Shown here: in pieces, positions 1 to 15,560 of the stretch
Layout: each line of letters opens with the position of its first letter
Numbering within the stretch: the first letter of the stretch is position 1
Assembly (NCBI GenBank): GCA_032718475.1
Contig: JAUCBJ010007614.1
Span: 1-64,000 of the forward strand
Direction of reading: 5' to 3'
Length of the DNA stretch: 64,000 bases
Source of the DNA: Nemertoderma westbladi
Taxonomy: Eukaryota; Animalia; Xenacoelomorpha
Position numbers and translations under genes: made by a program
The notes under the pieces: generated by a model
Told to the model about the DNA's origin: nothing
Databases searched by the model: none
Seen by the model: only the letters and a program-made list of their open reading frames with translations

Positions 1-3000
1 TAAAACGCAAGTTAGTTATTTTAATAATTCCACAAATTCGTTATATAATATATAAATTAACTTAAATCAAAACATTTCAATAACCAATATATCATTATAT
101 ATCTCATTATATATGTTCTGCGTAAAGTTAGAATTCAATTCAAACCTAAAACGTTTCATAACAATTGGAGAAATAAGACTAACCAATAAGATAATTGGTA
201 ATAATAATTAGTCAATTTAATTGGTTCCAGTTGTATCACAAGGTTTCATGATTACCTGCCCTCCCAGACTCATATGAAATTCATTCGAAAACTCAATCAT
301 TCGCAAAATTTCATTTCAGCCTCAAGGTAATTGTGATATTTACAATGCGAGAACATTTCCTTGGCATAAATAATTAACCCTGCTTTGTTTCTGGGACTAC
401 TAAAAAGGAACTGTCAGTTGTTATATATTGTATAGCCATAGGGTAGCTAATTGAAGATGCGGACAACGATTTACTGGAAAAACGACAGGAATTTTTTTAT
501 GAAGTAGTTTATATGGTGTGCGTAATAAGTGTTGACATGTGCTGTTGCTGTGTTGTCCATACAGAATGAGGTTGGAGCATTACATACTGCAGTCGGTTTA
601 TTGGTTCCATCTTCCTGTCCTCTTCCTATTGAATGAATAGAGTCGGTATTACCACTGGTAGAGACTATGCTGCTGTAGGGCAGCCCCTGTTGGGCTCTTT
701 ACAGCATACAACCCAGAGTCCTAGAAGGAATATACACCAGGATTCAATGCGAAACACGAATCGCTAATCTTAACAAACGAATCAATGTACAATCTTAGTA
801 GTAACATCTTATAGCCAGAACCCAGCACCACCCTACAGGCACGATAACCCGACGTGTCTTGCCGGGAATTTATTTCAAGTTGTTGTTATTTCTAATAACT
901 ATAAGTTAGACTATGAAAGGCAAACAGTAACATCTATCGAAGTAATAATAATAATAATAATATTTATTAATTATATATCGCTTTTCTATGTTCGGCATAC
1001 TCAAAGCGCTATTATTATTATTATTCCCCCTAGCAAAGCCAAGTTCCCATTGCACCACTTGGTTGGCGTAAGCACGAACGTCTAAAGTTTCTTGCCTAGG
1101 GACACAACAGTGTATTATTGTCTTTTGAATTTGCATAGCAAATTCTATTTCAACAAATAATAATGATACTGGGACTGTAGACAACACTGTAGACCCTCTC
1201 AAAAATATATCCTTGTAAAAGTAATGTAAAGATTTCTCAGTAGTTTCTACTACTTAACTTATACTAGTGTGGCCCCAGAACTATACTACATCATGTAAAT
1301 ACAAGAAACTATCACGCCAAGGTGAGACCCATTCATGGGGGAATGGGAAAAATTAGGATTGAAAATACCCCAGTTGATTGGTAAAGTAATTTGAAGGAAA
1401 AAGCTCAGCTTGATATAAAATATGATATAAAGTTAATTGATTGAAAACCAACTACGATAAATTCCATATAAAAAAATAATATTTGTTATTTATACAACAT
1501 GGTGAGCACGCAATAGTAGTCCGTCACAGAAAACAAAAACTCTTCGCCTAATATTAAACTACATAACATTTGAATTTAAATTTTAGAGTTGACTTACATT
1601 TTAAAATATTATACATATTATGAAATTCAGAACTTCAATATAACATAACATAACACCCTATAATAATATTCTGCTGTTACACGAAATCTACTTTCAAAGT
1701 AATTAGGAATTAATTACTACCAATATCTCCAACTAGAAACCAAACAATCAATCGACACACTGACCCTGATAACACTTATAATGTAAAAAGGAGTCATATC
1801 CGAAGAAAGCGTGCTAATCTCAGCAAATCCTCAAAAACAACCCCCGCGTACACATAATCATGCGGGAAAAGGCCTCCACACCTATAACGACTTAAAGACA
1901 GATTAGTAAAGAAGCTGATTACAAAGGCGGGTTGAAAGGAACCAAAACAATAAACGAGACTTAGGAGTATTCTAGAAAACCCAATTTGATTGAGAAACAA
2001 CAGCTTGATAATCAACAGTCAGATGCATAGGCCAAAATTGATTTTGGCAATTAAGTAGAGTAGGTTAGGTAGGTACCGGTATAACTATCACTGTGGTGCG
2101 ACAAAACTGCTATATAAGATCTATAATTTGATATATTCCGCTGATGAATAAAGGAAAGTTCCAACCCGTAAATTTTTTTAGGGATATAGAGATTTTAGTA
2201 AAAGTGGGTTGACCTAGATTCGTGTTTTAGAAAAGGAGTGGGCGCACCTACGTGATAGGTACAACTAACAATCAACATTTTAGGAACAATATATGCAATT
2301 TTCATTATATGCAGAAGGTGACTAAAAATCTAAAATCGTATGTGTGATTGAGGTACTTTTGTTATTCATAATGTAATTGAATGTCCTATAATGAACAGAT
2401 TTACACGCGTTAACATTATAGCATGCACTGATTCAGAATAATTCAGGAACTGCTAATGACATAAGGATGAAACTGTGGGTAAAGCATTTGTTCACTACTG
2501 AACAAATATTAAATTTCAATATGAATTATGGATGATACCTTTCTAGATTACTAGTCTAAATTACTTAGATTATTAGTCATTAATGGCATGCCCTTAATGA
2601 TAGTGCCTTTTGTTTTCAAGCTTGTAAGTTGAATGACCACATAAATCTTGCCGATCAAAAGGTAGGAAGTAAGTGCGCAATTAAAGGCATAAACATGTGG
2701 CCGATAGTGATCGTTCGATGGTCATCGAGGCATGAGACAAGTAAGTTGTTCAAGTCCCTGGCGAGATGTCATTCTCGCGCCACCATTTTCAAGATAAATT
2801 AATTGTCACATGCGATAGATATATGGTGTAAATGATTCGATTTATAGCCATTGTATTTTACATTATACCCATGGCGATTGTTAATCAACGATCCGAGTTT
2901 AGTTAAATCAGTATTTCTAGCACTTTTTTTATTAATTTATCTTTTCGTCATCGGTACTACTGGCTGGGAATGGTGGATACGGTTCAAAGAAATACGGCCT

Positions 3001-3089
3001 AGAGGCAAGAACCACAAATACGGTCTGAAGTAAGGACCAATCAGAAACCAACTCCATCGAGGAGACTGTGTCTGAAAAGTGATACTTTT

Positions 3090-4560
3090 CACCACTACTA
3101 TTATAATCGGCCTGTTGCATTGAAGCTCCACATTGATATGATATGCTACTGGCTTAACAAAAATATCTAATCACCATACATGCACAATAATTGGAAAGTT
3201 CCAATGTAGCGAGCATTAAGAATGCTATGCCGGCTTATCCACAAAATTGCACAGCCACAACTCCCTATACCCCATGAGTTTCAGGAGATTATCCGCATCT
3301 TCAAGGTGTCCGTCCACCATGCTTAATGTCTTCATGGGGCTGCCAAAGCACAAAATTGTGCACAGGCTGGTTTTCACTCCAAAAGCAATGTCCTAGAAAG
3401 TGGAGGTGGCTTAGTGTCAAGCTTGGGGAACCAATGAGACACCTTAAATATTATATAGTGTCTGGTTGGACATGTGTGCATTGTACTTGACACAGTGAAC
3501 CAGACGTAGCATGGTAAATGTGCCATCCAGAGATGGGGTGTCCTCAGCGGTTAGAGAGCCCAGCATGGACTCAAATAGAGCTGTACTAATATCTCTTTAA
3601 CACAGGAAAGTACTTTACCGTTAATGAAAACGTCACCAGCTCGACCTAATTTATTTGGCAAAAAATATACGCAATGAGACTTAGTAGGGTTACTATGTCA
3701 AATTCTAAACCAAATTGCTCACATACCTTAAGTAACGCGCATAATCCAAATTATGTGCTGGTACTACTGCGGCTCTAAATAGTCGGACGTTTAAGTTTCC
3801 GATGTATTCTCTGTTACATCCAAGTCCTGGAAAGCCCATTCAATGCTAGCCATGCCTTTCCTTTACTTATTCGAAGGTCCTCACCAGACTTCCGGATCCA
3901 TGATCCCAGGTAACAGAAGTCGTCCACTTGCTCAAGCATACCATCCTTTGAACTTATTCTCATACGATCAAACATTTCTTGAGGACTTTCAAAGTTAACT
4001 GTCAAAATTTTGGTCTTCTTGGAGTTTACCAACAACCAACACTAAATGCAGCCTGTACCATCCAATGAGCTGAGGAGTCTTTGGGCTCCCTCTTGTGATT
4101 GTGAGAGTACTCCGCAAGTCATCAGCAAAGACTAAATCAGATAGGTACTTGGCAGAATTTCTTCGACTTCTGGAGCCAGTAGGTGGAGGTACCATCACCC
4201 CATCATCATTATGATGATCTAAGGAGATGCATAGAACATAGTCAACCACAATTATGAACAAGAATGGTGCAAGTGTGTCTCCTTGGAGGACGCCCCATAA
4301 TGCTTCTGTGAAGGTAGTATAGCCCTCACAATGATCAGTTGCCTCAGGTGCAAGGGGTCATACCTGTTGTTCAGCTTGAGTTTTACGCTGGATCTCACAA
4401 TGGACTGTTCCAATAGATAGGGCCAACATGCCGTGGCAAGGCAGATTTCTTAGCTCTGCTAGAGAGGGGACTAAGTCTTACCTTAGCCAAAATATGACGG
4501 TGATCACTAGAGGGTCTAAGTGTAAATGCATTGCAGTCCTGTATAGAGCTACTGTATTTT
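3090..4560 (-). mobile_element. RTE-clade LINE, internally deleted and degenerate copy
   Basis: Fragments read GVLQGDTLAPFLFIIVVDY, LVFADDL and FCYLGSWI (RT), plus SSIQDCNAFTLRPSSDHR (end of the APE domain). (TAG)n-like tail near 3091. Homologous to the copies at 12341, 50270 and 54210. Confidence 0.85.
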
Positions 4561-4934
4561 TTTGAGCAACTTAACGACGAGGACAAATCGCCGTCCCCAT
4601 CAAATCTTCACGCAAAAATATTTACAACTTAATTCAGTTATTGTGAAGCAGAAAATGACAAGCTACCGTTCTTTCCTTTATTAATAATTATAATTGTTAA
4701 TTCACTGTCATGCACCATTACCCCGCACCCCCCCCCCCCCCCCCCCCCCCCGAATGGACAATAATGCTCTAACATATTATTAATATTATGTATAGAATTG
4801 TATTATTGATGGAACAATGCAGGTGGATTGGAGCTTTCCAATTAATTTTATTAGCATAGCAGAATCAGCAGATGGCATATCGACAGGCAGTAATAATATA
4901 CTGCAATGAGAGATGAATAGAGACCTGTATACTG

Positions 4935-7900
4935 ATCTATATACTCACCACATCGATACCTATCTATATACTCACCACATCGATACCTATCTATATACCT
5001 CACCACATCGATACCTATCTATATACCTCACCACATCGATACCTATCTATATACTCACCACATCGATACCTATCTATATACTCACCACATCGATACCTAT
5101 CTATATACTCACCACATCGATACCTATCTATATACCTCACCACATCGATACCTATCTATATACTCACCACATCGATACCTATCTATATACCTCACCACAT
5201 CGATACCTATCTATATACTCACCACAACGATACCTATCTATATACCTCACCACATCGATACCTATCTATATACCTCACCACATCGATACCTATCTATATA
5301 CTCGCCACATCGATACCTATCTATATACTCACCACATCGATACCTATCTATATACCTCACCACATCGATACCTATCTATATACCTCACCACATCGATACC
5401 TATCTATATACTCACCACATCGATACCTATCTATATACTCACCACATCGATACCTATCTATATACTCGCCACATCGATACCTATCTATATACTCACCACA
5501 TCGATACCTATCTATATACCTCACCACATCGATACCTATCTATATACCTCACCACATCGATACCTATCTATATACTCACCACATCGATACCTATCTATAT
5601 ACTCACCACATCGATACCTATCTATATACTCACCACATCGATACCTATCTATATACTCACCACATCGATACCTATCTATATACCTCACCACATCGATACC
5701 TATCTATATACCTCACCACATCGATACCTATCTATATACCTCACCACATCGATACCTATCTATATACTCACCACATCGATACCTATCTATATACTCACCA
5801 CATCGATACCTATCTATATACTCACCACATCGATACCTATCTATATACTCACCACATCGATACCTATCTATATACTCACCACATCGATACCTATCTATAT
5901 ACTCACCACATCGATACCTATCTATATACTCACCACATCGATACCTATCTATATACCTCACCACATCGATACCTATCTATATACTCACCACATCGATACC
6001 TATCTATATACCTCACCACATCGATACCTATCTATATACTCACCACATCGATACCTATCTATATACTCACCACATCGATACCTATCTATATACTCACCAC
6101 ATCGATACCTATCTATATACTCACCACATCGATACCTATCTATATACTCACCACATCGATACCTATCTATATACTCACCACATCGATACCTATCTATATA
6201 CTCACCACATCGATACCTATCTATATACTCACCACATCGATACCTATCTATATACCTCACCACATCGATACCTATCTATATACTCACCACATCGATACCT
6301 ATCTATATACTCACCACATCGATACCTATCTATATACTCACCACATCGATACCTATCTATATACTCACCACATCGATACCTATCTATATACCTCACCACA
6401 TCGATACCTATCTATATACTCACCACATCGATACCTATCTATATACTCACCACATCGATACCTATCTATATACTCACCACATCGATACCTATCTATATAC
6501 TCACCACATCGATACCTATCTATATACCTCACCACATCGATACCTATCTATATACTCACCACATCGATACCTATCTATATACTCACCACATCGATACCTA
6601 TCTATATACTCACCACATCGATACCTATCTATATACCTCACCACATCGATACCTATCTATATACCTCACCACATCGATACCTATCTATATACCTCACCAC
6701 ATCGATACCTATCTATATACCTCACCACATCGATACCTATCTATATACTCACCACATCGATACCTATCTATATACCTCACCACATCGATACCTATCTATA
6801 TACTCACCACATCGATACCTATCTATATACTCACCACATCGATACCTATCTATATACTCACCACATCGATACCTATCTATATACTCACCACATCGATACC
6901 TATCTATATACTCACCACATCGATACCTATCTATATACTCACCACATCGATACCTATCTATATACCTCACCACATCGATACCTATCTATATACCTCACCA
7001 CATCGATACCTATCTATATACCTCACCACATCGATACCTATCTATATACTCACCACATCGATACCTATCTATATACTCACCACATCGATACCTATCTATA
7101 TACTCACCACATCGATACCTATCTATATACTCACCACATCGATACCTATCTATATACTCACCACATCGATACCTATCTATATACCTCACCACATCGATAC
7201 CTATCTATATACTCACCACATCGATACCTATCTATATACTCACCACATCGATACCTATCTATATACTCACCACATCGATACCTATCTATATACTCACCAC
7301 ATCGATACCTATCTATATACCTCACCACATCGATACCTATCTATATACTCACCACATCGATACCTATCTATATACTCACCACATCGATACCTATCTATAT
7401 ACCTCACCACATCGATACCTATCTATATACCTCACCACATCGATACCTATCTATATACTCACCACATCGATACCTATCTATATACTCACCACATCGATAC
7501 CTATCTATATACTCACCACATCGATACCTATCTATATACTCACCACATCGATACCTATCTATATACCTCACCACATCGATACCTATCTATATACTCACCA
7601 CATCGATACCTATCTATATACCTCACCACATCGATACCTATCTATATACCTCACCACATCGATACCTATCTATATACCTCACCACATCGATACCTATCTA
7701 TATACCTCACCACATCGATACCTATCTATATACTCACCACATCGATACCTATCTATATACCTCACCACATCGATACCTATCTATATACTCACCACATCGA
7801 TACCTATCTATATACTCACCACATCGATACCTATCTATATACTCACCACATCGATACCTATCTATATACCTCACCACATCGATACCTATCTATATACCTC

Positions 7901-10900
7901 ACCACATCGATACCTATCTATATACCTCACCACATCGATACCTATCTATATACTCACCACATCGATACCTATCTATATACTCACCACATCGATACCTATC
8001 TATATACCTCACCACATCGATACCTATCTATATACCTCACCACATCGATACCTATCTATATACTCACCACATCGATACCTATCTATATACTCACCACATC
8101 GATACCTATCTATATACTCACCACATCGATACCTATCTATATACTCACCACATCGATACCTATCTATATACCTCACCACATCGATACCTATCTATATACC
8201 TCACCACATCGATACCTATCTATATACTCACCACATCGATACCTATCTATATACCTCACCACATCGATACCTATCTATATACCTCACCACATCGATACCT
8301 ATCTATATACTCACCACATCGATACCTATCTATATACTCACCACATCGATACCTATCTATATACTCACCACATCGATACCTATCTATATACTCACCACAT
8401 CGATACCTATCTATATACCTCACCACATCGATACCTATCTATATACCTCACCACATCGATACCTATCTATATACTCACCACATCGATACCTATCTATATA
8501 CTCACCACATCGATACCTATCTATATACTCACCACATCGATACCTATCTATATACCTCACCACATCGATACCTATCTATATACCTCACCACATCGATACC
8601 TATCTATATACCTCACCACATCGATACCTATCTATATACCTCACCACATCGATACCTATCTATATACCTCACCACATCGATACCTATCTATATACCTCAC
8701 CACATCGATACCTATCTATATACTCACCACATCGATACCTATCTATATACTCACCACATCGATACCTATCTATATACCTCACCACATCGATACCTATCTA
8801 TATACTCACCACATCGATACCTATCTATATACTCACCACATCGATACCTATCTATATACCTCACCACATCGATACCTATCTATATACCTCACCACATCGA
8901 TACCTATCTATATACTCACCACATCGATACCTATCTATATACTCACCACATCGATACCTATCTATATACTCACCACATCGATACCTATCTATATACTCAC
9001 CACATCGATACCTATCTATATACTCACCACATCGATACCTATCTATATACTCACCACATCGATACCTATCTATATACTCACCACATCGATACCTATCTAT
9101 ATACCTCACCACATCGATACCTATCTATATACTCACCACATCGATACCTATCTATATACCTCACCACATCGATACCTATCTATATACTCACCACATCGAT
9201 ACCTATCTATATACTCACCACATCGATACCTATCTATATACTCACCACATCGATACCTATCTATATACTCACCACATCGATACCTATCTATATACTCACC
9301 ACATCGATACCTATCTATATACCTCACCACATCGATACCTATCTATATACTCACCACATCGATACCTATCTATATACTCACCACATCGATACCTATCTAT
9401 ATACCTCACCACATCGATACCTATCTATATACTCACCACATCGATACCTATCTATATACTCACCACATCGATACCTATCTATATACTCACCACATCGATA
9501 CCTATCTATATACTCACCACATCGATACCTATCTATATACCTCACCACATCGATACCTATCTATATACTCACCACATCGATACCTATCTATATACTCACC
9601 ACATCGATACCTATCTATATACTCACCACATCGATACCTATCTATATACTCACCACATCGATACCTATCTATATACTCACCACATCGATACCTATCTATA
9701 TACTCACCACATCGATACCTATCTATATACTCACCACATCGATACCTATCTATATACCTCACCACATCGATACCTATCTATATACCTCACCACATCGATA
9801 CCTATCTATATACCTCACCACATCGATACCTATCTATATACTCACCACATCGATACCTATCTATATACTCACCACATCGATACCTATCTATATACTCACC
9901 ACATCGATACCTATCTATATACTCACCACATCGATACCTATCTATATACCTCACCACATCGATACCTATCTATATACCTCACCACATCGATACCTATCTA
10001 TATACTCACCACATCGATACCTATCTATATACCTCACCACATCGATACCTATCTATATACTCACCACATCGATACCTATCTATATACTCACCACATCGAT
10101 ACCTATCTATATACTCACCACATCGATACCTATCTATATACTCACCACATCGATACCTATCTATATACTCACCACATCGATACCTATCTATATACCTCAC
10201 CACATCGATACCTATCTATATACCTCACCACATCGATACCTATCTATATACTCACCACATCGATACCTATCTATATACCTCACCACATCGATACCTATCT
10301 ATATACTCACCACATCGATACCTATCTATATACTCACCACATCGATACCTATCTATATACCTCACCACATCGATACCTATCTATATACTCACCACATCGA
10401 TACCTATCTATATACTCACCACATCGATACCTATCTATATACTCACCACATCGATACCTATCTATATACTCACCACATCGATACCTATCTATATACTCAC
10501 CACATCGATACCTATCTATATACCTCACCACATCGATACCTATCTATATACTCACCACATCGATACCTATCTATATACCTCACCACATCGATACCTATCT
10601 ATATACCTCACCACATCGATACCTATCTATATACTCACCACATCGATACCTATCTATATACTCACCACATCGATACCTATCTATATACTCACCACATCGA
10701 TACCTATCTATATACTCACCACATCGATACCTATCTATATACCTCACCACATCGATACCTATCTATATACTCACCACATCGATACCTATCTATATACTCA
10801 CCACATCGATACCTATCTATATACTCACCACATCGATACCTATCTATATACTCACCACATCGATACCTATCTATATACCTCACCACATCGATACCTATCT

Positions 10901-11384
10901 ATATACTCACCACATCGATACCTATCTATATACTCACCACATCGATACCTATCTATATACCTCACCACATCGATACCTATCTATATACTCACCACATCGA
11001 TACCTATCTATATACCTCACCACATCGATACCTATCTATATACTCACCACATCGATACCTATCTATATACTCACCACATCGATACCTATCTATATACTCA
11101 CCACATCGATACCTATCTATATACCTCACCACATCGATACCTATCTATATACTCACCACATCGATACCTATCTATATACTCACCACATCGATACCTATCT
11201 ATATACTCACCACATCGATACCTATCTTTATACTCACCACATCGATACCTATCTATATACCTCACCACATCGATACCTATCTATATACTCACCACATCGA
11301 TACCTATCTATATACTCACCACATCGATACCTATCTATATACCTCACCACATCGATACCTATCTATATACCTCACCACATCGAT
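4935..11384. repeat. Minisatellite, roughly 235 copies of 27-bp CTCACCACATCGATACCTATCTATATA and a 28-bp (+C) variant
   Basis: Directly visible tandem array. Only four substitutions seen (5227, 5304, 5468, 11228), all near the edges. Confidence 0.99.
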
Positions 11385-12340
11385 TGGCCTTGGATTTAGG
11401 ATCGTGGGATTGTTGGTTTGGGGGGTGGGGGTGTCTTTACACCCAGCTATATCCCAAGGGATATGTGGGTATAATATCGACCACTCGACATGATAGTGTG
11501 TCAAATAAACGAATTTGACTTATTTTCAGAAATTCGTAAATTCAGACTGTAAAAACAGACTGTACCAGTACGTGTGATTGTTGACAGATATTCGCTGATA
11601 ATTTGTGTTTTACAGTAGGCCAAGTGTAGGCGATTAAATTTGGCAGAAATACTAAAACTTATCTTATGCCAATGTAGTAATAATACTGAAATATTATTAA
11701 ATGAATTGACCAATCCCAATAAATACCCAAGCCATTTTTTGGGGGAATAAAGAATACCTTGTAATTGAATTCCTTTGTGAGCGTTATGAGAATTCTCATG
11801 AATTCTCATAATAATTCTAGACTTAATTAATACAGAAAGAAGCAAGCAATACTGTCTGACTAGCAGGGAATTACCAAGGAACCTACAGTTTCCTAGCAAC
11901 CAGCCTAATCAACAATATATAGTTGAAGTAAATATAAAATGCCAACACTTTTTAGCACAAATCACGAGAATTTAATTAAAAATTATAATAGCAGAGGTAA
12001 TAGAGTTAACAACAATGTATTTTGTATGAATAATAATTTCCATGAAAAAGGACCTTTAAAAAACGCTGTTTTTGACTACAATTATAAACTGTAAAAATGT
12101 TAGTAACATTTTTATATTTCAAATTGCCTTAATACAGTATCATTTGAGTTTATCAATGGTCTCCTACCCAATGATTTCATACCGGTCTTTGCTTACACCT
12201 GATTCAGTTATCTACAACTATGAAACTAAAAATTCGCAGTTAGTCCCAAAATAGTTTTAGAGTAAGAAATTAACTTTGCGTGAACAGTCAATTTTCCTAG
12301 ATTCACCAATCATCTGGAACAATTTTCTCTCATCAGTGCG

Positions 12341-13318
12341 ACTACCACTACTACTACTAGGATCGGCATGCTGCATTGCAGCTGCATTTTTAAGAATGCT
12401 GTGCCGGCTTGTCGACAAAATTGCGCCGCCACAACTCCCTATCACCCATGACATTTGCTAGATCATCCGCATCTTCAAGGCCAGTGTCCTTTAAGATGCG
12501 TCTCAAGAAAGTCATGGGCTGTCCACCATGCTTATTCACTCCATGAGGCTGCCAAAGTACAAGATTATACACTGGCTGGTCCTCACGGCGAAAGCAATGT
12601 CCGGCAAAGCGGAGGCGATTTTGTTCTAGTGTCAAGCTTGGGGGAACCAATGAGACACCGCCAATGTTATATAGTGTCTGGTTGGAGATGTGTACATTGT
12701 ACTTGACACAATGAACCCGGCGTAGCATTCTTGTGAATGTGCCATCCAGAGATTTGGTGTCCTGCAGTTAGAGCCCAGCATGGACTCCCATAGAGGAGTA
12801 CTGGAACCACTGCTGCTCTAAATAATCGGACCTTAAGTTTCCGATTAATTATCAGTGACTTCCAAATCCTGGAAAGCCTATTCAAGGCTGCCCATGCCCT
12901 TCCCTTACGTATTCGAAGGTCCTCACCTGACTTCCGGATCCATGATCCCAGGTAACAGAAGTAGTCCACATGCTCAAGCATACCATCCTTTGAGCTTATG
13001 CTCATCCGATCAGAGACTTGCTGAGGACTTTCAAAGTTAACTGTCAAAATTTTGGTCTTTCTGGAGTTAATAAAAAGACCAACACTAGAAGCAGCATGTT
13101 CTAATGAGCTGAGGAGCCGTTGGGCTCCCTCTAGTGATTCTGAGAGTACTCCTAAGTCATCAGCAAAGTCTAGATCAGTTATATACTCGGCAGGATTTCC
13201 TCGAATTCTGGAGCCAGTAGGTGGAGTTATCAACACCCATCATTATTATGATGATCTAAGGACATGCGTAGAACATAGTCAACCACAATTATGAACAAGA
13301 ATGGTGTAAGTGTGTCTC
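12341..13318 (-). mobile_element. RTE-clade LINE, 3' part (RT C-terminal half and 3' end)
   Basis: ORFs 12667-13236 (DLDFADDL, FCYLGSWI, VLLYGSPCWAL) and 12390-12728 (RLRFAGHCFRR, LWQP). (TAG)n tail at 12341-12360. Confidence 0.93.
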
Positions 13319-14115
13319 TGTAGTATAATTTATTGTAGAACTGAGAAAGCAATGTGTACGTACATACAGTAGTACTATTACTATAGAAGTTTATCACTAA
13401 TTCATTTGTGATCGTGCCAATGCCAATATTAATTAATCTCGATGTGTTTTGGTTATAATTGCACATACTAGTAACTAAACATATGTTTCGCCCCAAGACG
13501 TATAATCTCATTCTGTATAATTACAGTATACATACATAATATATGAAGTTGGTTTGTAATTGATTTGAACTAAAACTAATTTTAATTTTACGTGTTGTTT
13601 AATAGTAAATAATGAAGGAATTTAAATTGTTATAAATTCTACGTTAAATTTTCAATACCATAGTCACGGAGAATCCTCACAGGATTCAACACACATGGCG
13701 CCCGATAAGGGGATTGAACCCTTGACCTAAGCCTAGTCACATGGCCAAATAAGACAGTCAATGAGCACAATGTATCGACATGTTATTTCAAAGAAATGAA
13801 GTCATTAGCAGTACCAACCTATGGTCCAAATAATACTAGGGTATGTTCACTGTCAAGTGTTATAGACAGTTCAGAATTCAGCGTGAAATCTGTTCCTGTT
13901 CGTAGATTAGCATGGGTAATGCGATATATTCATAACATACGACGGGTCACACGAATACATTGAATGCCTTATTTGATCCAGGAAGTGAAAGGACATTCAT
14001 TACACAAGAATTTGTTAACGAGCATAATTTAAGGCCAATAGGACAAGAAAGAATGTCCGTTCAAGGATTTGGTGGAGACAAGAAGGTTGCGCTAATCACC
14101 AGATATTCAAAGTAA
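13319..14115 (+). mobile_element. BEL/Pao-like LTR retrotransposon remnant: LTR, tRNA-Lys PBS and protease fragment
   Basis: TGT...ACA segment 13319-13695 starts exactly where RTE homology stops. It is followed by TGGCGCCCGATAAGGGGATTGAACCCTTGACC (close to the complement of the tRNA-Lys(UUU) 3' end). 13961-14114 reads LNALFDPGSERTFITQEFV...MSVQGFGG (aspartic protease). Confidence 0.75.
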
Positions 14116-14264
14116 ACTTGCTATTATGTGCTCGTGTTCAACTACTTAGTGTAATTACACCAAATAAATCCTAATATCAATTAATCAATCACTCAATATC
14201 AATCAATCAACCAATAACTCCCTAGTTGAAAGTATCACGAATATATGTGAGTTTTGCCTTGACA

Positions 14265-14347
14265 TGACAACATGTTAACAAACCCACTAACCCACATATA
14301 CACCCCACGTGTATATGTGGGTTAGTGGGTTTGTTAACATGTTGTCA
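14265..14347. repeat. Perfect 39-bp inverted repeat with 5-nt loop
   Basis: TGACAACATGTTAACAAACCCACTAACCCACATATACAC, then CCCAC, then the exact reverse complement. Confidence 0.95.
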
Positions 14348-14759
14348 AGTTGTCTTTTGTACTTCTGAATAATATATTATCTCCTATAATTAAAATTGTT
14401 TACGTTGGTCAATTAGTTATCTTAAAAAAGGTATACATTTATGTCATAATTGTAATTGTGTTGTAGTTGTGTTTCGGTGGCTGAATTAATGGGTGTATCT
14501 TCTGTCTCAGCCTCCAACACCAAAATGTACATAACTTATTTTAAGATACATTGGTTTTTTTCTGTAATCCAACTTTAATTCAAACAGCTAAACTTTTAAA
14601 CAGCTAATAAACCTTGCGTATTTTGTGAAAATGATTGTTAATATTTATAATCCATACATATGGAACAACTGAGATACGAGTTAAAATTAAATTAAAACAA
14701 TAATGTGACCATATAATTAGATAGAATGTCATTAGTTCCGTAACTTATGTACAAAAAAG

Positions 14760-15560
14760 GATACTCCGTAAATGATTAAAATTTGACGTATTAACTGCGC
14801 ATTTGGGGTCGATCAGTGGTCATCAGCCAGATTGCTGTTCGTAGGCGGGATCTGCAAAGGGGGATAACCTGGCATTCCAGGTAATGTTGTTTGGTGGTTG
14901 CTGAGCAACCACACATCCAGCATTCACAGCAATCAGCTGGCCTCCAACAACTGGGATTGGTGCAGATGCGGTGGTGGTATCCATTTGATATCAGCTGTGC
15001 GGCATAGCGGCGGGTCCTGTAACGTCTATGTCGGACGCGTCTGGATGGTCAATGACGTGGAGGATTGCAGTAGACGAGGCAAACTTGCTGATTCCGCACC
15101 ATAACTTCCAGTAGAACGCTCGCACCCGTTGCACGTGGTCCAGTTGTGTAATGTCGCTACTCGTGAAAATACTGCACCCGTATGTTGTCGATGGTCGATT
15201 GATTGCCATAAACGTTGTGCCGATTGTTGGGATACTATACGAAGATTAACTTTCGTAGCGATTAATACACAACTTGATATGCCTTTAGAATACATTTGAC
15301 CGTAATGCCCGCTAGCCCCATTTTTGGTTGATAGGATTACTCCTAAGTATTGAAAACAGTTCTGGAATTCCAATACTTGCCCGTTGTATTCCAGAACATC
15401 AGTGCGTGCCAATCTTCCTCCATGGCGACACTTATCGGCTTTAGTCTTTGTGATATTGACTTCGAGTTTGTTAAGTTTACAATAATCAGCGAGTTTATTC
15501 AAACTAGATTGCACGTCTGCGATCGAGTCTCCGACAATTACTAGGTCGTTGGCGTACTTT
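14760..15560 (-). mobile_element. Non-LTR retrotransposon RT 3' fragment
   Basis: ORF 15026-15580: YANDLVIVG (degenerate YADD), LEVNITKTK, FQYLGVILS. Confidence 0.8.

Noticed and set aside
1794-3131. Short ORFs at 1794-2015 and 2851-3131
   Set aside because: No recognisable motifs or splice-consistent structure.
5728-10531. Minus-strand YIDRYRCGE repeat ORFs
   Set aside because: Antisense readings of the same satellite.
4913-11518. 2201-aa ORF as a real protein, or the array as a CRISPR
   Set aside because: It is the translation of a stop-free minisatellite. There are no unique spacers and no cas genes.
13696-13730. tRNA gene
   Set aside because: Only the 3' ~30 nt is present, in antisense and with CCA. 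Better explained as a PBS.
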